This document shows positions 1 to 14,440 of a stretch of DNA of 64,000 nt, piece after piece (positions within the stretch are counted from its first letter, which is position 1; every line of letters starts with the position of its first letter). A model generated the notes under the pieces. That model worked only from the letters and a program-made list of their open reading frames with translations. It was not told the DNA's origin and searched no databases. Source of the DNA: the human T2T-CHM13v2.0 reference genome, Homo sapiens; NCBI RefSeq assembly GCF_009914755.1, contig NC_060930.1. One strand, written 5' to 3'. Made by a program: the position numbers and the translations under genes.

Positions 1-1486
1 TATGTTTACTAGGGGGTAATATCTAAAAGCAATTATTAATATTTCTCTTTTACTGTGCTCTCATGACTATGAATGTCACCCTAATTGCCCAGAGCCATCT
101 TTTGGAAGAAAAACTTAGGGTACGGAAATTAAGACTGTAACAAGATAAATGTAAACAAAAAAATACAGGTAGGATGCAGCTTTGGATGCTCAAAGTTAGA
201 AACATATCCTTTCAAGTCATGTTATTTTTCTGGAAAAGGATTTTCTGATTCCTTTAGCTCTCATGTAGCATACCAAGGGTTTAAATTGGCTTTATAGTCC
301 GATAGAAGGATTTCATGTAGGGAAAGTAAAAGGAAACTCAGGCTCTTTCCAATGCCTGTGGATTATGGAACAAGTAACAGGCACAAGGAGAAAGAGCTAT
401 CAGAGCTCATCAGATATATATGTCCAGATTTTACTTTCTATGTGCTTAGCTCACTAAGGGCTGATAAGGAAGGGTCTCATGCTAGCATACAGTGCCCTGG
501 GTGCCAAGCAAGGGCATCTGCTGATAGGCATGGACTTGGGGTACTCTTGCCTGCACTCCTAATTTTTAACTTGGGAAAGAGACACTTTCTTTAGCTTCCC
601 CTAAACAACTAGGGCGTGGCAACATCAACTGGAAGGCTCAGGGAGAAATTAAAGGCCTGAGGCATTTTTGTTCTCCCATATTACCCAGAGTTACCATGGG
701 GCATGAATGCTTAATTGAGGTGTAGAGGGCCAGCCATCAGGTCCTTTATGGCAATGGAGGCTGAGGGTAAATGACCAGGCCAAGGCACTGAATGGAGAAA
801 GTGTGCAGATTTAGAGGTCTTTAGGGCACAGAAGTTGAGAAGGGACCCAATCAGCCAGGGAGCTTCACCTAGTTCTGACCAAGCCAAGATCACACTGCAC
901 ATTTCACCAGTCGTGAATTCCACCAGCCATGAATGAGGGCAAGCAGAAAGCAGATGAATAATCCCCAGAGACTACATGGCTGAACTTGACAACTTGTAAG
1001 TGAGAACTTCTAAAGGCTATGTAATCATATGTGGATGAAAACTTTACCTTGTTTCTGCACATCCAAATTGTAATTAAATTCTGCAAACCTAATTATGAGA
1101 TAATAGTTGTTTGTCAAAGTCTGGGAATAGAATGGTCTGGTTTCAACCTGTCAATGATCAGGCAGTATTAGCACAGGGCAAGGTCTCTCTTAATAGCTAT
1201 TTGGAGCAATGCACTTGCAATTCTTTAATCAAAAACTGTTACTGATAGGAGAGCCTCATCCTGCTAAAGTCCTCTGAAATTTGTCATTCCAGATCAATTA
1301 TAAACAAACTTGAGGATATTTATATTGATGGTTATATTGATGGATATAATGACTGCTTTCAATTCATTTTTGATATCCATGATAATAATGACTTTTAATC
1401 AAAGATGTAAATTCCTAATTAGAAATTCTTGTTCCATTATTTCCTATGCAGCAACAGAAATAACAATTTACTGTATATTAAATTTA

Positions 1487-2150
<664 letters not shown>

Positions 2151-2865
2151 TCTATTTTGCCTTATAATTGTGTCTGTGGAAGATCAATTTTACCACTGTT
2201 TAATGTATAATGTATTAGAAAGCCTCATATATTATTGGAAGGATGAAACAGCAAATTAAAACAACAAATTGCAACACAGTCTAAACTTACTGAGTTCTTA
2301 TTATTCTATGTTTAATTCTCCTATCTTGTAGGAATGAAATGAGCTAATATATTAAAAGTGAAAAAATAGGCCTGACACATAGTACATGTTTAAATCATTT
2401 CACTTTTCTCTTCCTCTATAAACTTAGAATATAGAGAGATAAATGGACAGACAGGTATGCACACATAAACACATGCTCCTCTATATATCTCTATATCATA
2501 TATACCTTTATATAGTGTATAATACATATAATTAAAAAACCATGAAATAGTATTATAAAACTATAAAGGCTAAAAATAAAATATTTGAACTACTTGCATT
2601 TTCATTTTTTAATGTAATGCAAGATACTTTGTATATAAGTGAAAAATAATTTAAAGTGAAATTCTTACAAAGAATACTTAATGACCACTTAAATAAAAAG
2701 AAATATCAGTTTGATCAAGCCTAAAATCATTCAATTAAATTATTAAAATTACAAAGCTTTATTTTAGTGTTAGTTGACTATATATTATTATTGTTGATGT
2801 CAAATAAATGGTATTAGCTATAGTCAGGAAAAAGAGCTTAATGTTATTTGAAAATCAAAATGTTT

Positions 2866-3081
2866 GTTCTCACTCATAAGTGGGAGTTGAACAATGAGAA
2901 CACATGGACACAGGCAGGGGAACATCACTCACTGGGGCCTGTGAGGGGGTCCCCTGCCAAGGGAAGGGAGAGCCTTAGGACAAACACCTAATGCTTGTGG
3001 GGCTTAAAACCTAGATAACGGGTTGATGGGTGCATCAAACCACCAAGGCACATGTATCCCATAACTTAAAGTAAGATTAAA
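2866..3081 (+). mobile_element. 5'-truncated L1PA 3'-UTR fragment (about L1PA7-10)
   Basis: gttctcactcataagtgggagttgaacaatgagaacacatggacacagg...ggggcttaaaacctagat; TSD aaaatcaaaatgttt (2851-2865) / aaaatcaaaatattt (3082-3096). Confidence 0.92.
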
Positions 3082-5855
3082 AAAATCAAAATATTTTAAA
3101 ACATACCAAATTATGAGTTTGAAAAAACCTATAATTGGAGAAAATATACTCTGATAAATGCACACAGCAAAAACACTCTGAAATGCTGGACAATGGGATG
3201 TCTGGATGGCTCTCTTGCTCCCTGGGACTTCAGCCAGTCCATATGGTCATCTAATAGGAAGCCTGAAGACTGTGGGTGATCTTGCAGACCATATGTGCTG
3301 CAATACCTAGGAACAACTGGGGCTTGGCTAATGACGTGGCAAAAACCTAAATTTAGATTTAACTTGTTTTTATTGAGCAGAACCCAAACCTCATTGGTAT
3401 TTTTGCACATTGCTTGCTTTGTTTATCAATAACTTTGAAATGAGGCTGCAAAAATATAGCCCTTTCCACTGCAGACATGCTTCAAATGACCTATTTTGGA
3501 ATGAAATGCCTTTCATTCTACAGAAATATTTTAAAAGCCAAAAGAAATAATGTTGTTGCAATTCTCCTTGTGCTGAGAACTAAGACTGGAGCCCACCAGT
3601 GGGTTGGCATTATAATTGCATCTGTAAATGATCCAGGGTACCTGTCTAAACCAAGACTATCCTCTAATCTTAGAGCTGACATTAAAGAAAAGAAAACAAA
3701 AACCATGAATGTGTAGTTGCTAGGATTCTAGAAGTCCCTGGGGAGTGCTTAAACTCAGGAATGGGCAAGAAGAATGTCAAAATAGATGGAAAATAAAGAT
3801 CTGATGAGATGATCATCAAAATCATGAGATATAGCATTCTCCCTAAATCTTCACTCTGTTGTCTATCCTTAGATGAGCATCCTGTTTTGTGAGAGTCAAT
3901 TTCATTTGAATACTTCACCTTCTTTATGTCATTTTAGCACCACTTACAAATACAGCAAAATTTATCACCAGGAAATAGAGTAAGGGAGACAGGGACAAGT
4001 AAGATAGAATTTAGGGGGTGTGATATTCTGAGCTGTGTTCTCTGTTTAAACTCACCAATTAATTTTTTGCTTAACCTCCAATTTTATATTGATTAATACA
4101 CATCAACGAAGTACCAATAATATTAAGAAGCTTACTTTCAACTCAAGATTAATGAAGATACATTATAAAATGGAGGAAAATTCCTTTACACAAAAGATAA
4201 GCAAGGAAATACTTTAAGACAACGGATGCACTTATTTTGAAGAAATTCTACACCTCCAACAAGAGAGATGGGTGTTTTCCATCAACAGAACTACTTTTCT
4301 AGCTCAGTATCCTTGTGAACAATTTGCACTCGATTAAGAGGCGTTAATTCTGATCCTCCTTCTTAGGTTTCACATGTCAAAGACTACATCTGATGTTTAG
4401 AAGCAAATTGACATTCCAATTAAGCTTATGTAAATGTCAACATCTATTTAATTTATTTTTACAGGTTAGAAATCAAACGGGTGTGGGGCTCTCTTTTAGT
4501 TGGTATTGTGTTGTTTAAATTTCTGTTTGTTCCAGATTATGATTTTAAAACTGGTAAATATGCCAAGGAGATGCCACATTTAATTCAGCACTGTGTTGTC
4601 AGATTGTTAGGAAGCAATTTTTATTTTCTTGAACAGAAGTGAGATCACTTGAGTAATATTAACTTTAATGTTCAAAATTGGCTTGGGTTACCCTCAACAT
4701 CACACTTGATGCAAGATTACAAAATGGGAGAACTAATGCTTAGGTGTTTAGAGGGTTCTGAACATGTCAAGCACTAAATTCTCTGTTAATTTATCAGCAG
4801 GCTATTTGATTATCACCAAGTAACAAATTTGTTTCTATATTTGTGGAAACTAATATAGAGAATGATATTGAGACCACAAATTGCTTCTCCATGTAGCAAT
4901 GGTGTCATAAAGATGAGAAATATATTTCTGTTACTGGTTTTAAACCTTGAAGGCTGAATTTCACACGGAACAGAAACTCCTATATAGTTTAGATGAGCCA
5001 CTATAGTTAAGAGGACAAAATAATACTTTCATTCAATATAGAGACAATAAAAAAGAACAATGAGCAAGTAGAACCATGAAATCATGGTCATTGAGCTACA
5101 TATAAAAATGAAATTAATATTCCAGATGATAGGAATTTCTATAACAAAAGTCCTGTGGGCATTCTCCCTGAAAATGTTGTGGAAGAATCCCAATAGGAAT
5201 AGATTTACTGATCCATTAGCAAATATTTATTTTATTTATCGACCAAGGACAATTCAAGAGACAAAAACCACATCAGTTATGTAAACAGAGAGAATTTTAT
5301 ATAAAGAATGATTAATTAGGTATCCAGTTATTAACTAGATACCTAGTTAATGTCACAAGTATTGTAATGAGCATCAAGGACAAAGTGGCACTCGAGAGAC
5401 CCTGACTTTCAGAAAGCTATGATGATGTTTAATAAAACAGAATGATAATCCCAGAGGCAAAATAGATGGGAACCAAATGAGGGTTTTGTTTAATCTGTAC
5501 AACCCAAAGAAATCAAGGTGGATATTTAAGGGGCTGAGGCAGTACCCAATAAACTACTACAGTTCCCTTGATCAGTTTATATACTTGGGCTAGTTTTCAG
5601 ACCCAGAAGCCACAACTGAAGGAGAGGCTGAGTTTCTAGGAGGAAGAACTCTGCAACACCACGACAATTGCATGTAGAGTAGTTATCCCTGCTTTCCTCT
5701 CCCAAAAGGACCTTCCACCATTTACTCAGGTTATCATACATTGATTAAAAGACAGTATTAACAGCTTTGAGAGCTATTCAACACTATATTTGTGTTGACA
5801 CTTATTCCTGGAAACCCACCAAAATTTTGTCATCTTGTTCCTTCTCTTAGAGTAG

Positions 5856-6334
<479 letters not shown>

Positions 6335-7400
6335 CCCCATCCCCACTCCCCAAATCAAGATAGTAAATCAAAAACAACATTGCATCCTGAGGAGACATCA
6401 GGGATTAGTGCCTCCCATAAGGACCTTAATGTACAAGGAAGGGATTTGCCATCATATCTTCACTAATTCACCACCTGTTCCCTGTGTATATGATATGGAT
6501 ACTAGAGGGTAGCAGTGGAATACTACAAACTTAGCCAAACAAATAGTATCATTTATACCTGCTGTGCTAGATATGATAGCTTTGCTAGAACAGATGAAAC
6601 AAATTAGATATACCAAATACAAATTTGCTAGAACAGATTAATACAAATATAGGATCATACTACATCTCTCACTTCTCACAGCTAAGAAGGTAGCATAATG
6701 CCCTAGAAGCTTCCTTGGATTCTCAAGTTCTGGAGGGGGCATATTACTCACATAGGAGTAGTGCTTAGACCCATTTACTGAGTGACATAGAGGGCTAGCT
6801 TTGAGGAAGGCTCATAAGAGAAAACGGATCTAGGAGTTAATGGTTGTAGTCCAGATGTTCCTGTCACATAGACCTTGTGACCTAGCAGATCTCATCCATT
6901 AGAGGTAACCATGATGGGAAAAGATGCCACAATGGAGTTCATGGCAAGCTCAGATATTAGAATCACAAGATAGAACTCAAGAGTTTTGGAGCAAAACCAT
7001 GTCATCTGCAGCAGAAAATTTAAAACTATTCAAAAATCAGCTCCCAGCATGCTATTGCATCCTGATAGAAACAGAGTCCCTGGCCATGGAATAAGTAACC
7101 ATATGTCCTTAACTGTTCATTATGAGCTAGATTCTACAGGGTTGCATGGGTCTTGTAGCAATCTTTTATAGCACAGAAGTATTATATCTACTATTGGGCA
7201 CAAACAAGGCAAGAGGCACAGAGTGTGAAGATCTTTGCATTATATATTAACAAACGCCAGAGACACATTATCTCCAAAAGTGTGTAATGAGTCAGCTAGT
7301 TGTCATACAATCTCTGTTACAGCTACCCCAGTGTTAGCCCCATGGGAGCATAAAGAGAGTATTGTGGTGCAGGGATAAAGGCTATCCAATTGTACTACTC

Positions 7401-7788
7401 TGTTATTGTATAAATGATAGTGTGTCCTCCAAAATTCATGTTGAAACTTAATTCTCAATGCAAAAGTATTAAGAGGTATGGCCTTTGGAAGGTGCTTAAG
7501 TCACCTCCATCCTGAATGGAACCTATTATCATTAATGGGATTGGCATCCTTATAAAAGGGCTCAATGTTAAAGGGAGTATTTTCTTGCCCTTCTGCTGTC
7601 TGCCATGTGAGGACACAGCAACAAGGTGCCATCTTGCAATCAGTGAGCAGCCCTAACCCGGTACTGAATTTGCTGGTATTTTGACCTTGGACTTCTCAGC
7701 CTCCAGAACTGTAAGAAATAAATTTTGGTTTTTTACAAATTATCCAGTCTAAGGTATTTTGTTATAGCAGAAAAAATAGACTAAGACA
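7401..7788 (+). mobile_element. MaLR solo LTR (MLT1A/MST type)
   Basis: TG...CA termini, cagcctccagaactgtaagaaataaa, ends gactaagaca; 5-bp TSD tactc/aactc. Confidence 0.88.
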
Positions 7789-8311
7789 AACTCTCATACA
7801 CTTAAGCTGACAACAATTGCTGCTACTGTCAAGTGTTCAGTTTGCCAAGCAACACTGACCATCCCAAGCTCCTGATATGGCACCATCCTTTGAGAACACC
7901 AGCCAGCCACTTAGTAGAAAGTTGATGTTATTGAACCCCTTCTACTCTCCTACAGACAGCAATTCATCGTGACTAAAATTAATGAATATATCAGCAATCT
8001 GTTTGGCTTTCCTGCCTTTAGGACTCAAACACCACTACTATTCAAGCTTACAGAGTGTTCAATTCAAAAATATAGGAAACTGCCTAACATTGCATAAAAC
8101 CACAGGACCTATAGGACCACTGCAGGACCATGGGATCCACTGTTTCTATGACATACTGCACCATGTAGAAGCTGCTGGCCTGATAGAGTGATGGCCTCTA
8201 GAGATGCTGGTAGGTGATTGGTAAAGAAGCCAACAGCAAAAACTCCAAAACCTGTATGGTTCACTAATTTGGGAAAACTCAACATTCTCTTTCTCTTTTA
8301 TTTATAGAATA

Positions 8312-8499
8312 CAGAGGTTCCCAGATTTGGCTGCACATTAAAGTCATGTAGAAAAGCTTAAAAAATCTGGATGTTCATGCTATACATCATACCAATTAAG
8401 TCGGAACTTCTGGGGGTCAGACCAAGGCATCAGAATTTTTAAAAATTAAAAAAAAATCCCCAGGTGATTTTAATGTGTAGCAAACACTGATAACTGCTG
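8312..8499. mobile_element. MER5 (MER5A/B) hAT-Charlie MITE
   Basis: cagaggttccc...ggctgcacattaaagtca...ccccaggtgattttaatgtgtagc...taactgctg, ~190 bp with degenerate terminal inverted repeats. Confidence 0.8.
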
Positions 8500-9154
8500 C
8501 ATGAGAGATTCTTGAGGCACATTTGTGATTAAAGAGCCTGAGGCGTAGTGCAGTAAAATATTTGTTTTCTTTGTTGAACCCAGTTTGCAAAATAAAGTTG
8601 TTCATTCTTTGTGTATCATTTATAATATCTCAAGTAATCCTCGTATCGCATTGATATATTCTGAGAATACTTCTTCAAATAATTTAAATATAACCTGCAC
8701 CTTCCAAGTATGTATATCTGAAGGGTTAAACATCGCATCTCATTGTTTTATTCCATTTGCATTTCCTTGTTTATTAGTGAGGTGAACATCTGTTCAAATG
8801 CTTCTTTAAAGGTCAGAAAGCTTTCAGTGTTGCTGCTTGTGGTTATGGACAATTCAAACAAGGGATTAGGGGAAGAAGGTTCAGAACATAGAGGAGAGGG
8901 AAGCCGGTGATCTGGGGAAATCAGTCATTTGGACTCAAAGCCCTGGGTTTTTCACTGGTGTCAGTGTGGCAGCGTGCTTTGTCCATGAAAATTTAGAAAG
9001 GCGGTGACGTTAAAGAACTTGTTCTCACATTCATCTGTGTAGCCAGAAATATTAGCACAGTGCATGTCGGGTTCTCCAAACACATTGGTGAATGAACTTG
9101 TGAATGCAGTCTACTGCCATGGCATTCCTGGACCTCAGTAGGGGTTCGTGGAAC

Positions 9155-9554
9155 TGCATTAGTTTTCCAGGGCTGCCATAACACAGTACCACTGCCTTGG
9201 TGGCTTAAACAACAGAAATTCATTTTCTCACCATTTTGGAGTCCAGAAGCTCAAGATCAAGCTGTTGCTAGATTGTTTTTTTCTGAGACTTTTCCTTTTG
9301 GCTTATAGATGGCCATCTTCTTCCTGTGTCTTCCCATGTTCTTTTCTCTGAGTGTATCTGTGTCCTCATTTCCTCTACTTAAAAGAATAACAGTCATATT
9401 GAATGGGCCCACCCCACTCACCTCCTTTTAGTTTAATTACCTCTTTAAATACTCTTTAAAGATCCCAGATACAGTCACCTGCAGAGATGCTGGGGGTTAG
9501 GGCTTCCACATTCTACTTAGGAATTTTCTATGAAACACAATTCAGGCTGTGACA
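9155..9554 (-). mobile_element. MaLR solo LTR (MLT1B/C-like)
   Basis: tgcattagttttccagggctgccataaca..ggtggcttaaacaacagaaatt..agatcaag..acagtcac..gggggttagggcttc..cacaattca. Confidence 0.85.
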
Positions 9555-9697
9555 GACACTCTGCAGGCAATCATATTTCCAAGTGGTCTAAAGAGGTGGC
9601 TTTGGCGTTGTATACAACTTACCGTGAGTCATGTATCTAGCCTGAACTTTTGTGGATCTAGAAAACTTTTTTCTTCCTCCCTATCAGTCATATGTGT

Positions 9698-9699
<2 letters not shown>

Positions 9700-9733
<34 letters not shown>
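9700..9733. repeat. (GT)17 microsatellite
   Basis: Direct reading of the sequence. Confidence 0.97.
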
Positions 9734-9736
<3 letters not shown>

Positions 9737-12675
9737 ACAGAAAGAGAAACTGTTAGAAAGGGGTCCTCTAAATAAGTTGGATTATTGGAATATGCTAACA
9801 GGACCCTGGTCTGCACAGGCATTAATAAGGGTGAGAGACTGGTCATATTTCTCCTCTCCTGTCTAATTCCCATGGAGAATTACATCTTTGCCTGACAGTT
9901 TAGAACCTCTGAAAAGATTCTGGGAGATGCCTGGCAAATGTAGCATTGATGATTGTCTAGCCTCAAGACTGACTACAGATATAATTCGTTCTTAATATTG
10001 CTTCCTTTATGCCATTGTAAAGAGGTAGAATTTAAGTCAAGAAGGGCTTTAAAATACTGTGATAAATTTCTTACAAAGTAGAGATTATCTTTAAGAGTCC
10101 ACTTATATCTAGAGCTATTCTTTGCTCACTGAAGAATTCCAGCAGTGTTTTCTCCCATCTTGGGGTTTCTAATCATTTCCATTTCCCTTGTATTACTGGG
10201 TTATTTTTACCTCTGTTTAAATGATGTAATTAAAAACAAAATACAAGAGAAGGCTGATAGAATAATATGTGGAACCACTCTTTTTCTTATTGAGTTTTCT
10301 GTCCATTGGGAAGACATTGAATTGCTAATGTTTTCTTCTTATTTGGATTAAGAGATTTAGGACCTGTCGATATTTTCAGGTATTTTGTATCTTTCTTTGC
10401 AATTCTCAGTCACTTGAAGAAAATACTTATATTTTCATTTTCATTAAAGAGGAACAGAAAAGGCAGCAAATCAATCCAGAGCCCTCAACCCCATCATGAG
10501 GGGCTAAATTTCATACTACAATAAAGAGATAACAATTGCAATACTTCATTAAATTTGATATAGCATAATTACTGATTTATTTACAAGAAACTTAAAACTG
10601 TCATACTTATGAAAATTTAGTTACCTATATATTTCATGAATTTTTATATGACAAAAGAAACAAAAATATCTATAAGCTAAAGATTGCATAAAACATCATA
10701 CTTAGGGAAATTGGAGAAGAAATCTATGTGTGATCTTGCTTTTCTCGCTAAATCTAATGCTTATAATTGCAATTAACATGTCTCTATAGTAAGGATAATT
10801 TCAATTCTGTAGTAATATTTTTCTAATAATGAATGTAGGTACTATGAAGACATACAATGTCCCAGTCATATCATTTATCTATACATTTATCTATTTACAC
10901 TAGTTTAGTGAATTCTATTCTACCTCAGCTACCTTAGCTGTTTTAATGTGTGATTAGAAGCTACAGTGCATATTTTGGGGGGGTTAGGGTGGGCTCTTTA
11001 GAAAAGTTTTACTTCTGGATCAACTTCTTAAGGTGAGTGTGCTTAATGAAGTAATTCAAGGTATAAAATGGGTGTGATAATTGCATATTGAAATTGTGGT
11101 AACAAGTAATTGTATTAATATATTAATAAAATACATAGGCACAACACACTAAGGGCTTGGCAATTGATGTAACCAAGGTTGTAGATTGCAACCAAGATTG
11201 TTTCAAGGACTCTTGCATGATAGCTGGAACAAGGAAGTAGAACATAACTGGTATAATGAGGAGCTTTGACTTATTGAGGTATGAAAAAAACAGTTTGATC
11301 ATCCCAGTAACTATACTATCTGTGTGCTGCAGAATTCCTGTTTTACTCTGGAGGATGGCTCTCTTAACAATAACCCCAATCAATCCTATGATTTTCAGTC
11401 ACTTTCGATTTTGTTAATACTGAAGACTCAGTTACGTTTATTCAGACTAGTGGTTAGTCATAATCTTTGTGCTGGCTCATTGTTGATAGCCCTACAGCAG
11501 TACCTTTGACACCCGGGGAAGATAGTTTTATTTGTTTGTTTGCTTTATCAGCTCTCTCTCCCATAGAGCAAAACTATGTTCAGTAATAATCATAAAATAA
11601 AATAAATAATATTAATGGCCAGAAAATAAGATTTTCTATTTAATTTCATATATATAATCATGCCAGTAAAATTTTTAACTACAAAAACTGTAAAAGTACA
11701 AAAAGGAAAAAACTAATGGTTTGATACTGTTCAATTACACTAATAAATCTTTTGAAAAAGGAGAAAAAACTTGTACCTAAATGTTGGGTTGTCACAGCAA
11801 AGAATAATAAAATTACAGTTTCTGTTTCAAGACAGTTTTATAAATTTGTCAATGATTTTGTCATAATTGCTGTCTTTTTTGTGCACATACGTGTTCAATA
11901 GACAGTATATATAGATTCAATCCATCTTTACTTATACTTCATTAATTAACACTTATTAATTTTAATTTTTAAAAAGTTTCATTTTCTTTAAGCAACAGCT
12001 ATTCCAATTATTAAGAAAAGTTTTCAACATAAGGATACATCTGACAGAGATTTGTAAAAATTTCATTCATAAAAAATTCTTGAAATTTCAACATGTATTT
12101 CCCCCCAGGATTAACTGTATTAGCTTTCAAATGTCTTTGCAATGGAAAAACAATTAGACACAGTTAAAATCCTCCAAACAGTCACACAGCATGGCAGAAT
12201 TGAATTAACTCAAGTTGTATCTCTTTGTCTTTATGATCCTTGTGCTTTTAAATGTTTTAACTCTGAAATGCATTGTCCTTCATGGGTTGGACTTACAAAC
12301 TACACCCAAAGTGAGCTTGAATTATGCTGAATTATTTGCATCCTTTCGAAAACTTACTCTATAAAGGAACATATGTGACAGTCTTGTGTGTTGGAACACT
12401 TACTGTATAACTGAAAGTTTCCCCAAATTAACTCTGATGTACATGTTATTTTTGTTTAAGGATAAATAATCAAATATTCTAATTTGAATATTACTCATAT
12501 ATTATTCAACTCACCTGTAATTGAAACAAATGTAAAATTAGAGCAAAAAAATTTGTTTTGTTGTATTTTGTTTTCAGGAAAGAGCATTGATCACTGATAT
12601 TATTGAAGATGCTGAATATCTATCTTGCTTGCACCCAGGGCAGCCCTCTTCCATGTGTTCTATTCTTAGCCCTAC

Positions 12676-13179
12676 TGTTAGCAAACAATATTTTATGGGT
12701 CTTTCATATTTCTGATTGCTTATAAGTGGTGGCACTAACTGCCTTTGTCCTAGACTGTCTTTCCACAAATGTTTGTACTGAGAACAGTCTTGAAAGATAG
12801 AGATAGTGTCTTCCTCCAGATTAAAGAGCACATGTGCTTACTGTCCAGTGTATTAAATATAGTCTCTTCCTCCACAGCAAAGGACAAGCATAATGTCAAC
12901 TGAAAAAGAAATTGAAATTCCCTAACTTTGGGGTTCTCTTCTGTAACATAACCCTCTGCATGGACAAGCATCACCCAGTCTTCTTCACATGACCCTGTGG
13001 AAATTGGGCTCAGGAAACTGACATAGATGCTGACAATTTGTGCTACTGCTATTGCTAAGAGTAATAAAGTTATTTATTTCTGACCCAGGAGTCTCATGTC
13101 TTTTACCGGCATCCATGAAACTGTACCAGGCTAACTTGCTACCTTGCAAATAGGGTAAAATCTCACTTCGCGTATAACA
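12676..13179 (+). mobile_element. Old ERV (ERVL-class) solo LTR, subfamily not assigned
   Basis: TG start, gatagagatagtgtc, AATAAA followed by ctgacccaggagtctcatgtc..gcatccatgaaactgt..ggctaacttg..gggtaaaatctca, as in old ERVL-type LTRs. Confidence 0.65.
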
Positions 13180-14329
13180 TGATTCTATTATAAATATTTT
13201 GAAGACAAATTAACCTGTTAAAAGTGCAAAGGAATGTAGATGACCTTTAAAAATGAATAAGAGGCTTTCTTGATTTCTTAGATGGATTATATATAAAATG
13301 CTTTGGTCTTTAAATGTTACCTGCATGATGATTGGGTCATCCGTGTGTTGACACAGGACAAAAACCAGAGACATTCCAGAGTCATGCAAGAAACAAAGAG
13401 TGAGCAAGTGTTAGATATGTTCCACAGAAGGTAGTGGTTTACTGGAAGGGATGCAGCTATGGTTTAATGTGAATGGTTAAACAGGAAATGCTATAAGGGA
13501 GCTGAGTGACAGGTAAAGGACAAAAGTCAAAAACAAATGATGCCAAAAGAAGGTAAAGTAGCTGAAGGCTGGCTTAGAGGAGGCAGTGCTAGTGCAACCT
13601 CATGACCTTTGTCAGGTCCCCAGTCTTTTAACCCTGCTAAAAATACACATGGGCAACTCCACATCTTAACCTGCCATCTCAGATCTGAAATCTGTAGGCA
13701 TAGTATATATCTCACTTGCTTTCTGTTTCCTTTCTTTATGTATTTTTTTTTCATGTTGGATTACTCCCTTTCAAATTTGAACATTTAAAGAGGAAAATCA
13801 ATTAAAATCTGTTCATTGCACTTTCCCACCTTTGGAGGTTGTTGTGGAAGGGTTTCGTTTGTTTGCTTTCCTTTATTTTAATTTACTGTTCATGATCTCC
13901 ATTACAACTCATTTAGAGACTCCTTTTCCCTGGTTACTAATCCCTTTAGAACTGGTGGCTATTTCACAAGTACTAATATCATCATTATTATGCACTGGCA
14001 TGTTCTTAGGGAGACAGAGTAGGAAACAGAAAATATCTACATCTTTTCCCTGGAGGAAACTCTAAATGGACCATGATAGGGGCTAAAGAGACCATATTAA
14101 TGTCACAGACTGTAGGGAATATATTATCTGCAGACTTTTACAGTCATATAGATAGTATATTACATTAAAGTTTAAAAATTGTATTTTAGACTAGAATTCT
14201 ACTCTAACTATTAAAGATGTAAAAATTTACATGAGACCAGTTGAAAATGATTCCTTATTCCCTGGTTTTTAGAGTTAACTTAAAGCTGTAAGGGAAAGCT
14301 CTAGATTGAGAGACTAAGACTATCTGGGC

Positions 14330-14440
14330 ATGCAATTCCATGTTTATTGAGCACCTACTAGGTTCCAGGTTGGGAGTCAGTGCTATGGATCAGAGACCTA
14401 TTAAGCAGCAGGACCTGCTCTTTAAAAACTATAATATTAA
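14330..14440 (-). mobile_element. L2 3'-end fragment
   Basis: tttattgagcacctacta..ccagg..tgct..gacctgctct. Confidence 0.55.

Noticed and set aside
290-1060. GC-richer stretch that might be an ancient LTR
   Set aside because: No termini, TSD or family motif I could identify with confidence; left unannotated.
6581-6641. Local duplication tttgctagaacagat(g/t)aa
   Set aside because: Small tandem duplication in a dead ERVL RT region; no sign of function.
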